Below, piece by piece: positions 1 through 17,414 of a stretch of DNA of 64,000 bases (positions are counted from its first letter, which is position 1; every line of letters starts with the position of its first letter). Source of the stretch: Octopus vulgaris (lineage: Eukaryota); NCBI GenBank assembly GCA_951406725.2, contig OX597828.1:73780001-73844000 (forward strand). The letters are read 5' to 3'. The position numbers were made by a program, and so were the translations under genes. The notes under the pieces were generated by a model. That model saw only the letters and a program-made list of their open reading frames with translations, did not search any database and was not told where the DNA came from.

Positions 1-467
1 CATGCCATCAAATTGACACTGGGGTACAGTTATATGAAGCCCAGTATACCCATAATGACTACCCGTCTGATAAGTGTACACCCAGCACATGCATCACAAC
101 CATATTTGCGCGACATGGTGATCTCATATCGAGATTAACAGTGCCTGACCTTGCAGGTGGGGATAAGTTAGAATTTTCTTCAGGACGAAGAGCGCATTCT
201 TCTGAAAAGGTCCCTGAATAAGGGTTGTTTCCAGAGGCGAATTATCCAAACTCCGAAGAATTCATTTCAACACATGGCCATGATGCTATGGGACATGCTC
301 AACTGGTTAAGGTCAAACAACTGACAAGCAAATATGTGGTATTGAGCAGAATATTTGCTGTAGCCCATCTTTTATACCAAGACAAAACAATGTACATGAT
401 AACACTTCCAATCAGTTAAGATCAGAAGCTATGAGAGCCACTGCCTGGTACTGCATCAGGGCATTTA
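1..467 (-). mobile_element. Non-coding ~500-bp interspersed repeat associated with (AAT)n tracts (family D), copy 1, running off the window start
   Basis: Reverse complement of 32217-32775 and 33399-33894; terminus aatgccctgatgcagtaccaggcag abuts the (TTA)n tract that starts at 468. Confidence 0.75.
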
Positions 468-540
<73 letters not shown>

Positions 541-2290
541 CATCATCACCATCATTATTATCATTATTATTTTAAGGTGGTTAGCCGGCAGAATGGTTTC
601 TGTTGAGCTTAATGTTCTGAGTTCAAATGTCGTAAAGTTATCTTTCCTTTCCATTTTCGTTAGTCCACAGAATATGTAGTAATTGAGTACTGAGAACCGA
701 TGCCACCACCATCCCACCAAAAAGAAATTAAAGAAAATTTCGGGCATTTGAACCAAATACTTATGTTAGCAATCTTCATATTTCGAATGGAAATGTTTAA
801 ATATTCATATTAACAACTGCGAATTGTTTCTTTACTGACTAAACATATCGCTCATTTCTTACGAAATGTTCTTAATTAAAATTTAATCAATTTAACTTTC
901 GGAATTATCTCCCTTTCCCTTTTGGGTTTTAGCTATCGTTAGCACTTATGCGATTATTTTTTCTTATCTCATTACATGTGTCACTTCTGTTAATTAAAAA
1001 ATATTGTTTATAATATAATTAATATTGGTATATTTGTTTTCCTATTTTGTCTTTAAATCTAAGGTTTATTACAGTTTTAGTCGTTAGTAAGTCATTATAA
1101 CCATAGTCTTCTGGGTCCCCACGAGGGCCCCATGGAATTAATATTTCGCTCAAATCCGTATTTGTAATATATTCGATTCTATTCACTCGAATTTATTCTT
1201 CTTCTCTTCGAATGATTTTCTTTCCGTTTTTCTTTTTTTTCTGTTCTGTTGTCTATAGTCTATTAATTTAAATACTGATATAAATTCAAACAATAACCTC
1301 AAGCTACAAAACACTACGTTATTGCACAGTCCTCCCACTGCTTTCCTTAGGCGTTACTGTTTATTGTTTAGCCCTAGGCCAACTCTCGTCAAAACCAATT
1401 CAACCACACCCGTGTACGCTTCATCTACGGCGACTTCGACTAATACAGTCATCTATCTTTATAGCTGAAGAATATTTGGTTGTTATTTCTTGCAGATTAC
1501 CCAACCAGATGAATAGTCTCTTGTTGACTTAGTTTTTAAATATTCTACTATTTAGTTGAAAATAGTGATATGTATTTTTGGTCAGTGAATCAATGCAGTG
1601 TTTTCCACAGGAATTAAATGATGAAACACTTTCATATCCTTCCCAAGATTGCGTTTAGCTTAAGGAACTCTCCAGCACTCAATGTTAAATACAGAATAAC
1701 TCATCAGAGGATTTCTATGCTATCTACAAAAGCCTGGATAACACAGCCACTTAAAGTTAATAATTCTCTTACAGAAATTAATTTTGTCTTAATAAACGAG
1801 ATGAGTACACTGTGATTAGATTTTCTTCAGGATATGGAAAACTGCAAGAATCAGGTTGAGAGCCATTCACATCCTACATTTTCCGATCTGAACATCTATG
1901 CCGGAACGATACTGGAAAAATCAATTAAAGAAAAGCATTTCGGAAAAATATGAAAGTTAATTACAATTCAAAAAATTCCAAAATAAATATTGCTTGATAT
2001 CCGAACGTATCGTCCTTTAAAATAATGCAAAATCTTGGAAATGAGAATAAATATGTAAATGGAATTATTTAATTAAGAAATCTTGACAGAAAGAATAATA
2101 TAAAGAAGAGATCTGTGTTTAATATCTAAAAGTATAGAAACACTCACAACTAATACACTAAAGCACGTGCATTAATAAATGAAATACATGGATGTGATGC
2201 TTTAGGGATATGTAATATTCATATATACATGCATACATACATACATACATACATACATACATACATAGATATATACATACATATGTATAT

Positions 2291-2333
<43 letters not shown>

Positions 2334-2422
2334 ATATAGAGGGCATATTTATATATATATATACATGAGTATATATATTTATAGATACACATGCACACAC
2401 ACACACATATATGTGCGTGTGG

Positions 2423-2464
<42 letters not shown>

Positions 2465-2473
<9 letters not shown>

Positions 2474-2665
2474 ATCACGTAAGTGCAAAACAAAGCAGAA
2501 AAGCTGAGATGGTAGTACTCGAATACCAAAGGTAAAGGTTGATGGTTTGCTGGAGTTGTAAATCTTCAGACAGAATTTTTCAAAGTCGATCATTATCGAA
2601 ATAATAATCAAATGAATTCTCTGATGATCAGTTACGTGAAAGTCCGAGTGTTAGGTTGTGAACTA
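2465..2665. mobile_element. Decayed PLE-type terminal fragment with a relic hammerhead
   Basis: Minus-strand ggtattcgagtact resembles 63369-63382. ctgatga-N10-gaaa-N9-ttagg at 2621-2655 has the same spacing as the motif at 63285-63319. Confidence 0.4.
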
Positions 2666-2882
2666 CATGTGTGTATATATGTGTATAAATAAGGAATCTT
2701 GCAAAAAGACTTGATAAACGTATATTTGTGGGGTTTTTTTTTGTTTTTTGTTTTTTGTACTTGTTTCAGTCATTTGACTGCGGCCATGCTGGAGCACCGC
2801 CTTTTGAGTACAGCAGGGATCACCACCTCCTGCCGGAGCCTCGTGGAGCTTTTAGGTGTTTTCGCTCAATATATATATATAT

Positions 2883-3118
2883 AAAATTAACATTCAGTTG
2901 AATTAGGTACTTAAGTTGATGCGTAAGGTCAGTCTGGTATTTTCTGCACAGCTCGAAGTAAGATGAGTGAAATCAAAATAAATAACAGGATGCCAAGTAT
3001 TAGTGCAGTACGACCGTTTCAAGCGACTCCAATTGTTGTAATGCTTGCATTGTTCAATTAAATGGAGCCGTTTGAGACGGTCGCATTGCGGTAATACTTA
3101 ACAACTTGTTACTTATTT

Positions 3119-3122
<4 letters not shown>
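2883..3122 (-). mobile_element. Fold-back element between (TA)n tracts, 60-bp inverted arms 2972-3031 / 3063-3122, with the 3' half of a hammerhead
   Basis: Arms align with 12 mismatches; minus strand reads gaaa-cggtcg-ta-ctgca; related fragment at 44072-44093. Confidence 0.65.
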
Positions 3123-3167
<45 letters not shown>

Positions 3168-3374
3168 CGCAGGTGTTAGTGTGTAGTAAGTAGCTTGCTA
3201 ACCAGACGCATGGTTCCGGGTTCAGTCCCACTCCGTGTGTGTGTCATCATGTAAGCGCAAAACAAGGCAGAAAAGCTCAGATGACAGTACCCGAATGCAC
3301 CTTGAGCGTGTTCTACTATAACCTGGGAGCGACCAAAGGGGATCTAGTAGATTGAAACTGGAAGAAGCCTGTCG

Positions 3375-3402
<28 letters not shown>

Positions 3403-3405
<3 letters not shown>

Positions 3406-3683
3406 TGGTAAAACGGTAAGATAACAAAAGAAAGAAAGAAACCTCAATATTATGTAAATAGAGGAAATTTATCTATAAAATAATATGTTACATTACTCGA
3501 AAGTCAAGATAAAACTCTGAGTTTCAGATGCCGAAGTGGGAATCCACGACGCCATCTCTTCGGTTATCTGGCTATTTCATAGCGTTTTCAAATAGCAGAT
3601 AACCGAAGAGATGACGTTGTGGATTCCCACTTCGGCATCTGAAACTCAGACTTTTATCTTGACTATCGAGTAATGTAACATAT

Positions 3684-3687
<4 letters not shown>
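3403..3687 (-). mobile_element. Fold-back PLE-type element nested in the SINE (TA)n; arms 3479-3577 / 3590-3687
   Basis: About 98-bp arms with 4 substitutions and 1 indel, 12-nt spacer, (TA)n on both sides. Confidence 0.85.
3508..3568 (-). ncRNA. Putative variant type I hammerhead ribozyme (CCGAAGA core); inverted copy at 3598-3658 (+) has a broken helix III
   Basis: gataa CCGAAGA gatg..gtgg-attc-ccac..catc t GAAA ctc-a-gag TT ttatc; helix I gataa/ttatc; GUU triplet. Confidence 0.55.
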
Positions 3688-3739
<52 letters not shown>

Positions 3740-3957
3740 TTGGGTGTCTGAGTTTGTCTCACCACCAACGCTTGACATCCGATGCTAGTTTGTTTACATC
3801 CCCGTGACGTAGCGGTTCGACCTAAGAGACCAATAGAATAAGTACTAAGCTTACAAAGAATAAGAACTGGGGTCTATCTGTTCGAGTAATGGCGGTGATC
3901 TAGCATGGCCGCAGTCAAATGACTGAAACACGTAAAAGAGTAAAAGACTATATATAC

Positions 3958-4005
<48 letters not shown>

Positions 4006-4025
4006 AAGTATAAAATGTTCTTATT

Positions 4026-4082
<57 letters not shown>

Positions 4083-4141
4083 GCACACACAGAGAGAATA
4101 ACGCGGGTGGCTAGACGCAATATAAAAACGGAAACGGAACA

Positions 4142-4194
<53 letters not shown>

Positions 4195-4409
4195 GGTAAG
4201 CTTTATGAAAATAGACAAAAGACGAAGGCCGGTTTACGGAAATAAACAAAAGACGAAGGCAGGTGGAATACAGACAAACAATTGTATTAGTATGGCGCTC
4301 AGGAAATATAAATGAAACAAGTCTTTAACACTTCTCTGTGTATGTGTGTGTGTTTGTGTGTTTGTGTGTGTGTGTGTGTATGTTTGTGTGTGTGTGTGTG
4401 TGTCTCAAA

Positions 4410-4860
4410 AGAGGGAGACTTTCTACTATTTTCAGAGTTCTATTTCTTCAAACCAGCCACTTAGTGACAACCCATTTGTACATCGAGCAGAAATTGTATT
4501 GTATGCAACTAGAATATTTAACGAATGAATTCAACATTTAGTAGAGCTCTTCACAAGGTGAGACATTTACAGTTCTCACACGCATTAATTTTAAAATACA
4601 CAATTCACATGTCCATTTTTTTAGCTGTTCATGTAAATCGATATTTTGTTTCGTCTCTTTCTACGTGGTTAATGTGTACATGAATTACTATAACATCTTT
4701 TTTATCTGTACAAATTTCCATTCTACACTTATCCACTGATGATCATAACAGGCTTATGAAACATTAAACTTTAATCTGGAGAAATTTCAATAAAATATTA
4801 TATTAAAATGTCTCGTAGTATACATGGTCTTTTTTCTTCGAGGTTTTACAATTCATTATA
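4410..4860 (+). mobile_element. Decayed PLE 3' end / pseudo-LTR with a hammerhead-like motif (4732-4780) and AATAAA (4789-4794)
   Basis: tcca CTGATGA tc-ataa-caggc-ttat GAAA cattaaactttaa TC tgga, followed by AATAAA. Confidence 0.5.
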
Positions 4861-5229
4861 TATTCGGAGGAATGACACCGGGGTATATAACGTCATAAAT
4901 ATCGAAGCATGATGAAAATTATATCCTCAAATATGTTTCACGATTTTCGACACAAAGAAGTCAAAGAATCGCAACGAAAGAAGGAGCAGAAGAGGAAAAG
5001 CATCTTGAGTACTTTAAATATCAACAGAGAAATTATCAGACTCCCAGATGACAACATCGAGATACGAACTGAGAGTCGCTGCCATGGAAAGTCCACACTG
5101 TCAAAGGATCTGCTGATTTAGGGTCTTGCGCTCACGCTATACTTCAATGTACCACTTTACAGTTATTTACTATAATATATGTACATACATATATACAAAC
5201 ATTTATATATATATATATATATATATATA

Positions 5230-8960
<3,731 letters not shown>

Positions 8961-9054
8961 AGAAATATTATGAATTTCTTATAACCACAGAATTCAATAG
9001 AATGAAATGTGAAAAAATATACAATGTTAAGAAATAGGAAGGTTGATATAATTG

Positions 9055-9310
9055 AGAAAAAAGAGAGGGAGAAAGAAAGAGAGAGCGAGAGAGAGAAAGA
9101 AAGAAAGAGAAACAAAGAAAGAAAGAAAGAAAAAAGAAGGAAAGAAAGAGAGGAAAGGAAAGAAAAAGAGAAAGAATGAAAGAAAGAAAGAAAGAAAAAG
9201 AAAGAAAGAAAAAGAGGAAGAAAGAAAAGAAGGATGAAAGAAAGAAAGGAAGGAAGAAAGAAAGAAAGACAGAAAGAATGAAAGAAAGAAAGAAAGAAAG
9301 AAAGGAAGAA
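9055..9310. repeat. (GAAA)n purine tract
   Basis: Directly visible. Confidence 0.9.
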
Positions 9311-10799
9311 CACTTCACGGAATAAAACGGTGGTACTGAGCATAGTCAGGAATGAAGGCCTTTTTTTCTGACTAATGAGTGTTTACGCCTCAACAGGATG
9401 GGACGACTGTTTCTATCGGTCGTGGGAAGATCACGCCCCCTAGTGATTGTAGAGACATGAACGGTGTTTTGAATGCACGATGAGCCTTAGTGGAGCTTTC
9501 CGATTGGAGAGTGGGATGCCAAATAGCTGAAACATGTTTAAACATTTCCAACTGCAACTGGCCGGTTACTAAGACTTACTGAATGTGTTGAGTTGGACAA
9601 ACCGAATCGAGTCCTTCAGATCGAACAGAGACAGAGTTCTGTTTATACCAGTAGAGAGAAATAGCATAGGCTATCTACAATTTAAAGCCCTCAGCTACAA
9701 AGGCTACAAATCTATGACCTGTGCGCTCGGCATAGATAGACTTCATTAGCAGGGACCCTCCTACTGGCAGCTACACACCGCTTTGCCGTTGCGCATGATT
9801 GCTGAAGCCAGAGTAGCCAATAAGGCAGGTGTTGATGGCGAGACAGGGAAAGATAAACTAGAAATGGTGATTCATCTTGACAAGCGTAACTGGAACAGAA
9901 TGGAAAGTGTTTAGTAAGGAACAAAGAATAGAGGAAACTAGATTAAATGGAAACCTGTTAGAAATTTAAAAGAGGCACGTAGGTATGTTATCGTAGCAGA
10001 CGTGCTAGCGACAACTTTGATCCTCGGCTAATCCATCAATGTAAAGCGCGAAGTTCTGGTTGTTGGAGTTAACGCCCATAATTTAGGATACGAAGGAAGG
10101 AATGTCGTTCGACGGGATCAAATGGCAGGAGCGCAACGAAGCAACAATGCTATAATTTGATCTGTGAAAGACCATGGGACCACGTGCTACTTGATTTCGA
10201 GCAGATGTCAGCGTGTTTTCAAAGCACCTTTGCTCGAGTGGTCGAGACGAGTGGTGGGCCGGAGTGCAGATTAGGTTTCGACGCCTAATTCAAGGCAGAG
10301 CCACAAATCTCACTATTGTTCTTATTATCCATGCCTTCGTCAATTTATTCAAGGTTAAGATGAAAAAGAAAATGAGGATGGAGTGGAAACGCTTACTTGC
10401 CGCAAAATTCTGAAAGGTTACATAAAATTCTTGAGAACGATATTATTATATTTTTTTTTGGCCTTCTTTCTTCAAATTTTCTTCCATTTCTCGCAGAGTG
10501 TTTTCCGTACACATAGGGCAGAGAAGCTCATTGTATTCATCCCCAGATTGCACACGCAAATTCACTGGTAAAATATGTATTTAAAACAATTAATAAATAA
10601 ATACATTCATGAATGGATGTTGTTTTCACAGCGATAATGCTCTTCTCAATACATGAGTCATTCCAGCTAACATGATTTTTTGCACTGCCTGTAGGGATGG
10701 TAAGCCTGGTATCGTTTTCAATTAGGTTTCAGTACCATTTTTTATCATTCCTATTCATTATTATTGTTGTTGTTGTTGTCATCGTCATTATTATTATTG

Positions 10800-10842
<43 letters not shown>

Positions 10843-10870
10843 CATTATTGTTATTATTACTATTATTATT

Positions 10871-11075
10871 AAGGCGGAGATCTGGTAGAATCGTTAGCAT
10901 GGCGGACAAACCTCTTAGCGGCATTTTCTCTGTCTTCATGTTCTGTGTCCAAATTCTGCCGAGGTCAACTTTGCCTTTCAACATTTCGGGATCGATAAAT
11001 TAAGTACCAGTCACTCTAAGTGTCTACATCCTAGTGCCTAGAATAAAAAAGCCTAGTGTCTTGAATAGAAAGGAT
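10871..11075 (+). mobile_element. SINE family B copy
   Basis: aaggcggagatctggtagaatcgttagc ... gccgaggtcaactttgcctttca ... taagtaccag, as in 29628-30033. Confidence 0.75.
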
Positions 11076-11653
11076 CTTGTCGGCATCGTCGTCGTTCTTG
11101 CTCCCAGTATTATAATCATAGCAATAATAGACTCTAATTTAGTCCCAAGGACATCAGCTATGAGGGGAAAGTGCTTCGTTGATCATTTTTACCTAAGTAC
11201 CTGCTTCTTTCTTTACATCACAAATCTCGGACTGTTGAAAGGCAAGGTTCACCATTGTGGAGTGTTGAACCACAAATGCGAAGAACCGAAAGAAATAGCG
11301 CAAGGCATTTTTCTGACACCTAATTCAAAGCAGCACGAATTAAATATAATCCAATAATGAAGGACTTGGCATTTAGTCTACAAAATGTCCGGGAGCGATA
11401 TGAATGAGAAACACACCAATAGAACACGAAAACTAACCTACGAATGTTCACAATATATGTTTTTTTAGTTTTATGTTGTTAGGGACAAAAGACTAATAAA
11501 GTGTGTAAATTGTCATTGGAAATGAGAAAAGAAAAACATTTTAAAGAACTGAACGGATTTTCACAAAAAGGTCCAATATTCTATTGACGCAGTTCATATC
11601 CCCCTCTCTCTACTGAAAAATTGTTTCCGTTATCTTTTCATTTATTATTTGTC

Positions 11654-11712
<59 letters not shown>

Positions 11713-11946
11713 ATATGTATATGTATATATGTATATATCTGTATATATATATATATATATATATGTTTATATATGTATATATATGCATATATATATATAT
11801 ATGTATAAATGTATATATATATATATGCACATATATATACATATATATACATACATATATATAAATAAAGCACGCTCCCATTATATATATATATGGATGG
11901 ATGGAAGTATATATGTATATGTATATCTATGTATTTTTATATATCC

Positions 11947-11977
<31 letters not shown>

Positions 11978-12597
11978 TGTATGGGTCTGAGTGCAGGTGT
12001 GTGGGCGTCTGTCTGTATGTACGTACGTACATACGTATGTATGTATGCACGTATGTATGTTTGTATGTATGTATGTATGTATGTATGTATGTAGGTAGGT
12101 AGGTAGGTAGGTAGGTTGGTAGGTAGGTAGGTAGGTAGGTAGGTAGGTAGGTAGGTAGGTAAGTAGGTCGGTCGGTCGGTCGGTAGGTAGGTAGGTAAGT
12201 AGGTAGGTAGGTAGGTAGGTACGTAGGTATGTAGGTCGGTAGGTAGGTACGTACGTACGTATGATGTTTGATACATACATAAAATATACATATTACAAGA
12301 CAGAATTGCAAAACAAAAGACAGAATTTTCAGAATATATATATATGTTTTTTCCCCTTCAGGTGAACAGACCTGAGATAAAGAAACTCCAGGGAATGAAT
12401 AAATAGATATTATTCATAGAAATATGGTACAGAGTATTTTTTCCAGTCAATCGTAGATTAATTCTGAGAAAATTGAAGTACAAAGATTTTTTTCAATGCT
12501 ACCAAAATGGACAAGAACAAAAATACATCTACATACTTCATACATACATATTTTCCAAGATATATGTGTATATATATTAATGAGTATATGTGAGTAA

Positions 12598-12643
<46 letters not shown>

Positions 12644-12836
12644 ATACATATATTAATGTACATGATGTATATATATGTGTGTATATATATGTACACCTAC
12701 AAAATTCTCAGCAGTATTTCGTCTGCCGTTTACGTTCGGAGTTCAATTTCTGCCGAGGCCGACTTAGCTTTTCATTCTTTCGGGGTCGATTGAATAAGTA
12801 TATATGTATATATATATACATATATATATATATATC

Positions 12837-14207
12837 CAGTCAGCTGCTAACAGTGGCGACACCCATGGGATGTATGCCGGTTTGAAGAAGGCCCTCGGCC
12901 CATCTGCAACCAAGTTAGCCCCTCTGAAATCAACAACTGGAGATCTCATCAAGGACCAAAGCAAGCAAATGGATATATGGGTGGAGTACTACTAGGATCT
13001 CTACTCACGGGAGACCACGGTAGCGGAGATTGCAATCGAGGGTGTCAAGATCTTGCCAGTCATGTGTGAACTTGACAGTCTGCCATCTATAGCAGAGCAC
13101 ACCAAGGCTATTGACTCCCTTGCAAGTAACAAGGCTCCGGGAAAAGACGGCATCCCCTTAGAGATTATCAAAACCGCAAAAACACTATCCTGCTTCGGCA
13201 CCTTCTGGAGCTTCTGTGTCAGTGCTGGGGAGAGGGTACAGTCCCTCAGGATATGCGAGATGCTAACATCATTACGCTTTACAAAAACAAAGGTGACCGT
13301 GATGATTGTAACAATTACCGTGGAATATCTTTTCTAAGCATTATTGGAAAGGCCTTTGCACGCGTTATCCTGTCCAGGCTGCAACTAATTGCTTCTCGAA
13401 TTTATCCAGAATCGCAGTGTGGCTTTAGAAGAAGCAGATCAACTATTGACATGATATTCTCCATACGCCAACTTCAGGAGAAGTCCAGAGAGCAGAAAAT
13501 GCCATTATATATGGCCTTCATTGATCTAGCAAAGGCCTTTGACTTGGTAAGTAGAAGTGAGACTTGGAAGTGAGACTTGGACGCCATACACATGCCAAGA
13601 GCGTCGCCTAAATATCTTCCACCTGCGCTGCCTCCGGAAAATCCTTCGTATCAAATGGCAGAATCATGTCCCCAACAAAGATGTCCTCATGCAAGCAAGA
13701 ATATCAAGCATGTTTGCACTCCACACAAAGATGTATGAGATGGCTTGGACATGTTAGCCATATGGAAGATGGCAGAATCTCCAAGGACATACTCAACGAA
13801 GGGCTTGCTAGGGGAACTAGGTCTGTGGGAAGACCGTTCTTACGATACAAGGATGTTTGCAAAAGGGACATGAATGACTGCAGCATCAATATTACCAACT
13901 GGGAAGCAGTTGCCAGCAACCATGGAGATTGGTGACGTACCATAAAAGAGGGAACACAAAGAGTGACATAGAGAGAGAGGAGAAATGAAAAGACAAGAAA
14001 AGACGTCAACAAGAAAGTATGACATTGCAACCAGCCAGGCAAAGTCTTCGCTACATTTGCGACACCTGCCAGAGAGAGTGTTTGTCTAGGATATGACTAC
14101 ACAGCCACAGCAGGAGATGTATTAGGACATGAAATGTAAAAGCCGGACTAGATTATTTTATGCGCAACTCCATTGTCTCCCGAGACAAAAAGGATGCCAA
14201 CAACAAT
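12837..14207 (+). mobile_element. RTE-clade LINE, 5'-truncated, internally deleted and frameshifted
   Basis: KAPGKDGIP, KNKGDRDDCNNYRGISFLS, PESQCGFR, FIDLAKAFD, then SETW..FHLRCLRKIL, RWLGHV, GRP.LRYKD; 3' ggatgcc(aac)n tail; RT core (QG/YxDD) missing at about 13555. Confidence 0.92.
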
Positions 14208-14469
14208 ATATATGGATTTCGTAGACAGGAACTGTAACAAATCAATCGTATATATAAGTATGTATATATGTAAGTGTATGTGTGTGTCTTTGTCTCTGTG
14301 TTTCGCTCTCATCACTGCTTTACAACTGCTGTTCATTTATTTACATCCACATAACTTACTGGTTTCACAAGAACAAACTAATAGAACAAGTACCAGGCTT
14401 ATCAACATAAAAAAGCACTAGGCTGTATCTCATATTTTTGTTTGCCCAATCAGTTGTATCTATCAATTT

Positions 14470-14475
14470 ATCTTT

Positions 14476-14536
<61 letters not shown>

Positions 14537-15856
14537 AAACACCCTAATGGGAGCCTTAACTCCCAAATTTTTGTTATTTCTTTTATGATCCAACATTAGG
14601 TCAAAAGTGTTGAATGGATCTTTATGAAATTTGAAAATTATATTTTATGCATAAGGGCCATAACCCCCATGACAATTCATATATCTTTGCTGTTGAGGAA
14701 ATTTTAACCATAGATATTAGACATAAATGAAGTAATATTTATAAAATTTCATCTGTTTACAAAGTTAGAAAGACCCCTCCATAGGGACTTAACACCCACA
14801 ATTTTGTCATTTTATCAAAGCAAAAACGAATACAGTTCTGCTCTTGGAAGCTGTAGGGTTACCCGAGCATAAAAGTTGGACATTATTTCTAATTCAATGG
14901 TACAACAGTGTAAAAGTTTGCTTTGACATATACTTAGATTGTGATTTCTGCAATGTGGTGCATAAATTGTCAAGTAAATGAGGGGCATCTTTGCCTCCAC
15001 TGATTCAGTTGCAAAGTGTTGAGTAAAATTATTTGATTGCAGACCTCCTTTCAGTCTTTTTAGTATCACTCGATCACACATAGTCCCCAGATGGTAACAT
15101 TGATTTCAAGGCCTTCCTAGGTGAGTGACTGGTTATTCAAAGACAGTTATAGATTTTAAATTTATTCTGTCCAGTTACGTATCAGTAGAGCGGTCATTTG
15201 CAAACTCCAGATGTGACACTTTAATTTATCCTTAGCCCTCACGTTACACAGTTGTTAATGTTTATTTCAGTTGGGTCACGCCCTTTCAATTGCTATAGAT
15301 TCGCAATGCATCTTACGGCTGTGCCTGTCACCTGGATGGTGAGGAATCCTACATTGGGAGTGGTTACGACTACGGTAGGGTATCTGAATGCTTATTGTGA
15401 TCATTCGTCTTTTGGTTTCCTGTAGCTTTTCTCTCTTTTACAAACTCAGTGAACATATATTTCCTCTTTCAAAGAAATTCAAACAATAGATATAAGAACC
15501 AAGTTAAAAACATTCTCAACAATTCAACTTCCCTGGTTGACATTAAGATGCCCACCCCGAATAGGGTCCTTAACTATCACATTTTAGAGCTCCATGACCT
15601 TCATTTTTCAGGAGCAAAATCTTTTTAACAGGTTCAATAAGACTGGAATTTTGGAATATGCAGATAAAAATCAGTAGTATGGGATATATGTGGCACAATT
15701 ACAATTTTTGGGGGTTGTGTAAAGAGGGAAATATCCCTCATATGCAATTTTGATAAAATTCGAAACATAGATATTTCAGTTTATTAGAGAAAAAAATATA
15801 ACAGAAAAGTATAATTCTTCAATTGTAACTCGGGCAACGCCGGGTAACTCTGCTAG
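14470..15856 (+). mobile_element. Non-autonomous Helitron (5' boundary approximate)
   Basis: 3' hairpin actcgggcaacgccgggt (15828-15845), then CTAG-T (15853-15857); internal subterminal repeats near 14536, 14769 and 15553. Confidence 0.65.
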
Positions 15857-17348
15857 TGAATAATATATGCGTATATGCAAGTACGTTCATACGCATTTAT
15901 GTACATATGTACGTATATACGTATATATTTTTGTCTTGGTGCATATGTGCATGCCTACGTTTCTGGGTACGGAAACGCGTTCTGGCGGGTGCATGATTGA
16001 TAGCCAACTGTACATGATAAATGAGGGTGGTTTAAATTTATGCCATGTCTTTATAAATTAATCAACTTACTATATGTGTTTATTCGGTTTAACATTAAAA
16101 GCTCTGCGTTACGAATTTATGTTACGTAATCATACCATTCCACCTGTCAGCAAAGTTAATCCTAGAAAAGTTGTACCAGTACGCATCAATGCATATTTGG
16201 TATTACGTTCCGTCTTTCCTTTCGATATTAGTGCCACCTTTTGTCTGATTTTGGCATCACTTTTGCATATCTTCCGGTTCTTCACTAAGAATATTTTCCC
16301 CGAGTTCTAAAAATTCTAAGAATTTTCTTAGCAAGGAGGAATTTGTCGAGCTACCATTCAGTAGAGAATAGCATCTTAGATTCTCGGCGGAAATTAGTTT
16401 ACGGTAAAAGGAATGAGCGTGTGTGTGTGTGTGTATGTGTGTGTGTGTGTGCGTGTATGTGTGTATGTGTGTGTGCGTGCATGTGTGTGTGTGGGTGGGT
16501 GTCTATGGGTGTATATATAGATATAGATATATTAAGAGAGAGACATACATATGCGCATACATACATACATTTCCTGCAGTGAAAAATGTGGGTTTCGTTT
16601 TAAATGACATAGAAACGGCAAAACCACGGATGATGCGGTACGACAAATGGATATGAATAAAGATACCTTACTGCAACAAGTCGTGAGGTGATTTGGTCGA
16701 CGAACTACTTTCGAGCAAGTCTTCATTATGGCCGTAGTTAAAAAGCTGAAACCAGCAAAGATTAAAAGAAACGAACAATAAAATATACGGTCCTTTGACT
16801 AGAAAGAAAAGAAAAATAATAATAATAATAATAATAAATAAAAATACGAAGATAATTTGTAGTTTTGTGTTCTTTACTAAAAGAAGTAAATAAATGGAAT
16901 GAAGTTTTGAATGGAAAATTAAAAGTTAAAGAATAAAAGAATTCGAGAACTTATAACAAAATTAAATTCCAAACAATATCAAAGTAACTGCCGTAAACAA
17001 TTGAAGCCAAATAGATTGATTCTGCTACATTTAGTTCTGTGAATTACATTGAAATTGTCTTTCTACCAGAATAAAGAGGAAAGTGTCGTCTGGTGTGGCG
17101 GGGAGTTGGCTGTCTGTGAGTAAAACAATTAGGAGCGGTGGAGGGTGGCATTTGTTTGGTAACGGCAGATGCAACTGTATTACACATTTCTTTAAGTCAT
17201 CACACACGAACGTTTCGCGTCTACATCATTTCACAACATAATACTTTCTCTTGTTCTCACATTCGCTGTGCAACCAGTGAGTATGACAAAAATAGATAAT
17301 AAATGAGGCAAAATAATATAAAGTTACCATCTTCCATTCTCCATCACA

Positions 17349-17414
<66 letters not shown>

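Larger units (their letters stand above)
3165..3947 (+). mobile_element. tRNA-derived SINE family A with internal (TA)n, carrying nested insertions
   Basis: Box B-like ggttcagtccc, internal microsatellite and 3' gactgaaac..gtaaaagag, all shared with 27196-27633 and 59482-59937. Confidence 0.85.

Noticed and set aside
9310-10620. Higher-GC unique stretch, possibly an old transposon
   Set aside because: No convincing motif or termini could be identified
12348-12430. Possible host exon (ttttccccttcag acceptor); similar sites near 7895-7985 and 57140
   Set aside because: No recognisable coding content; cannot be supported without transcript data
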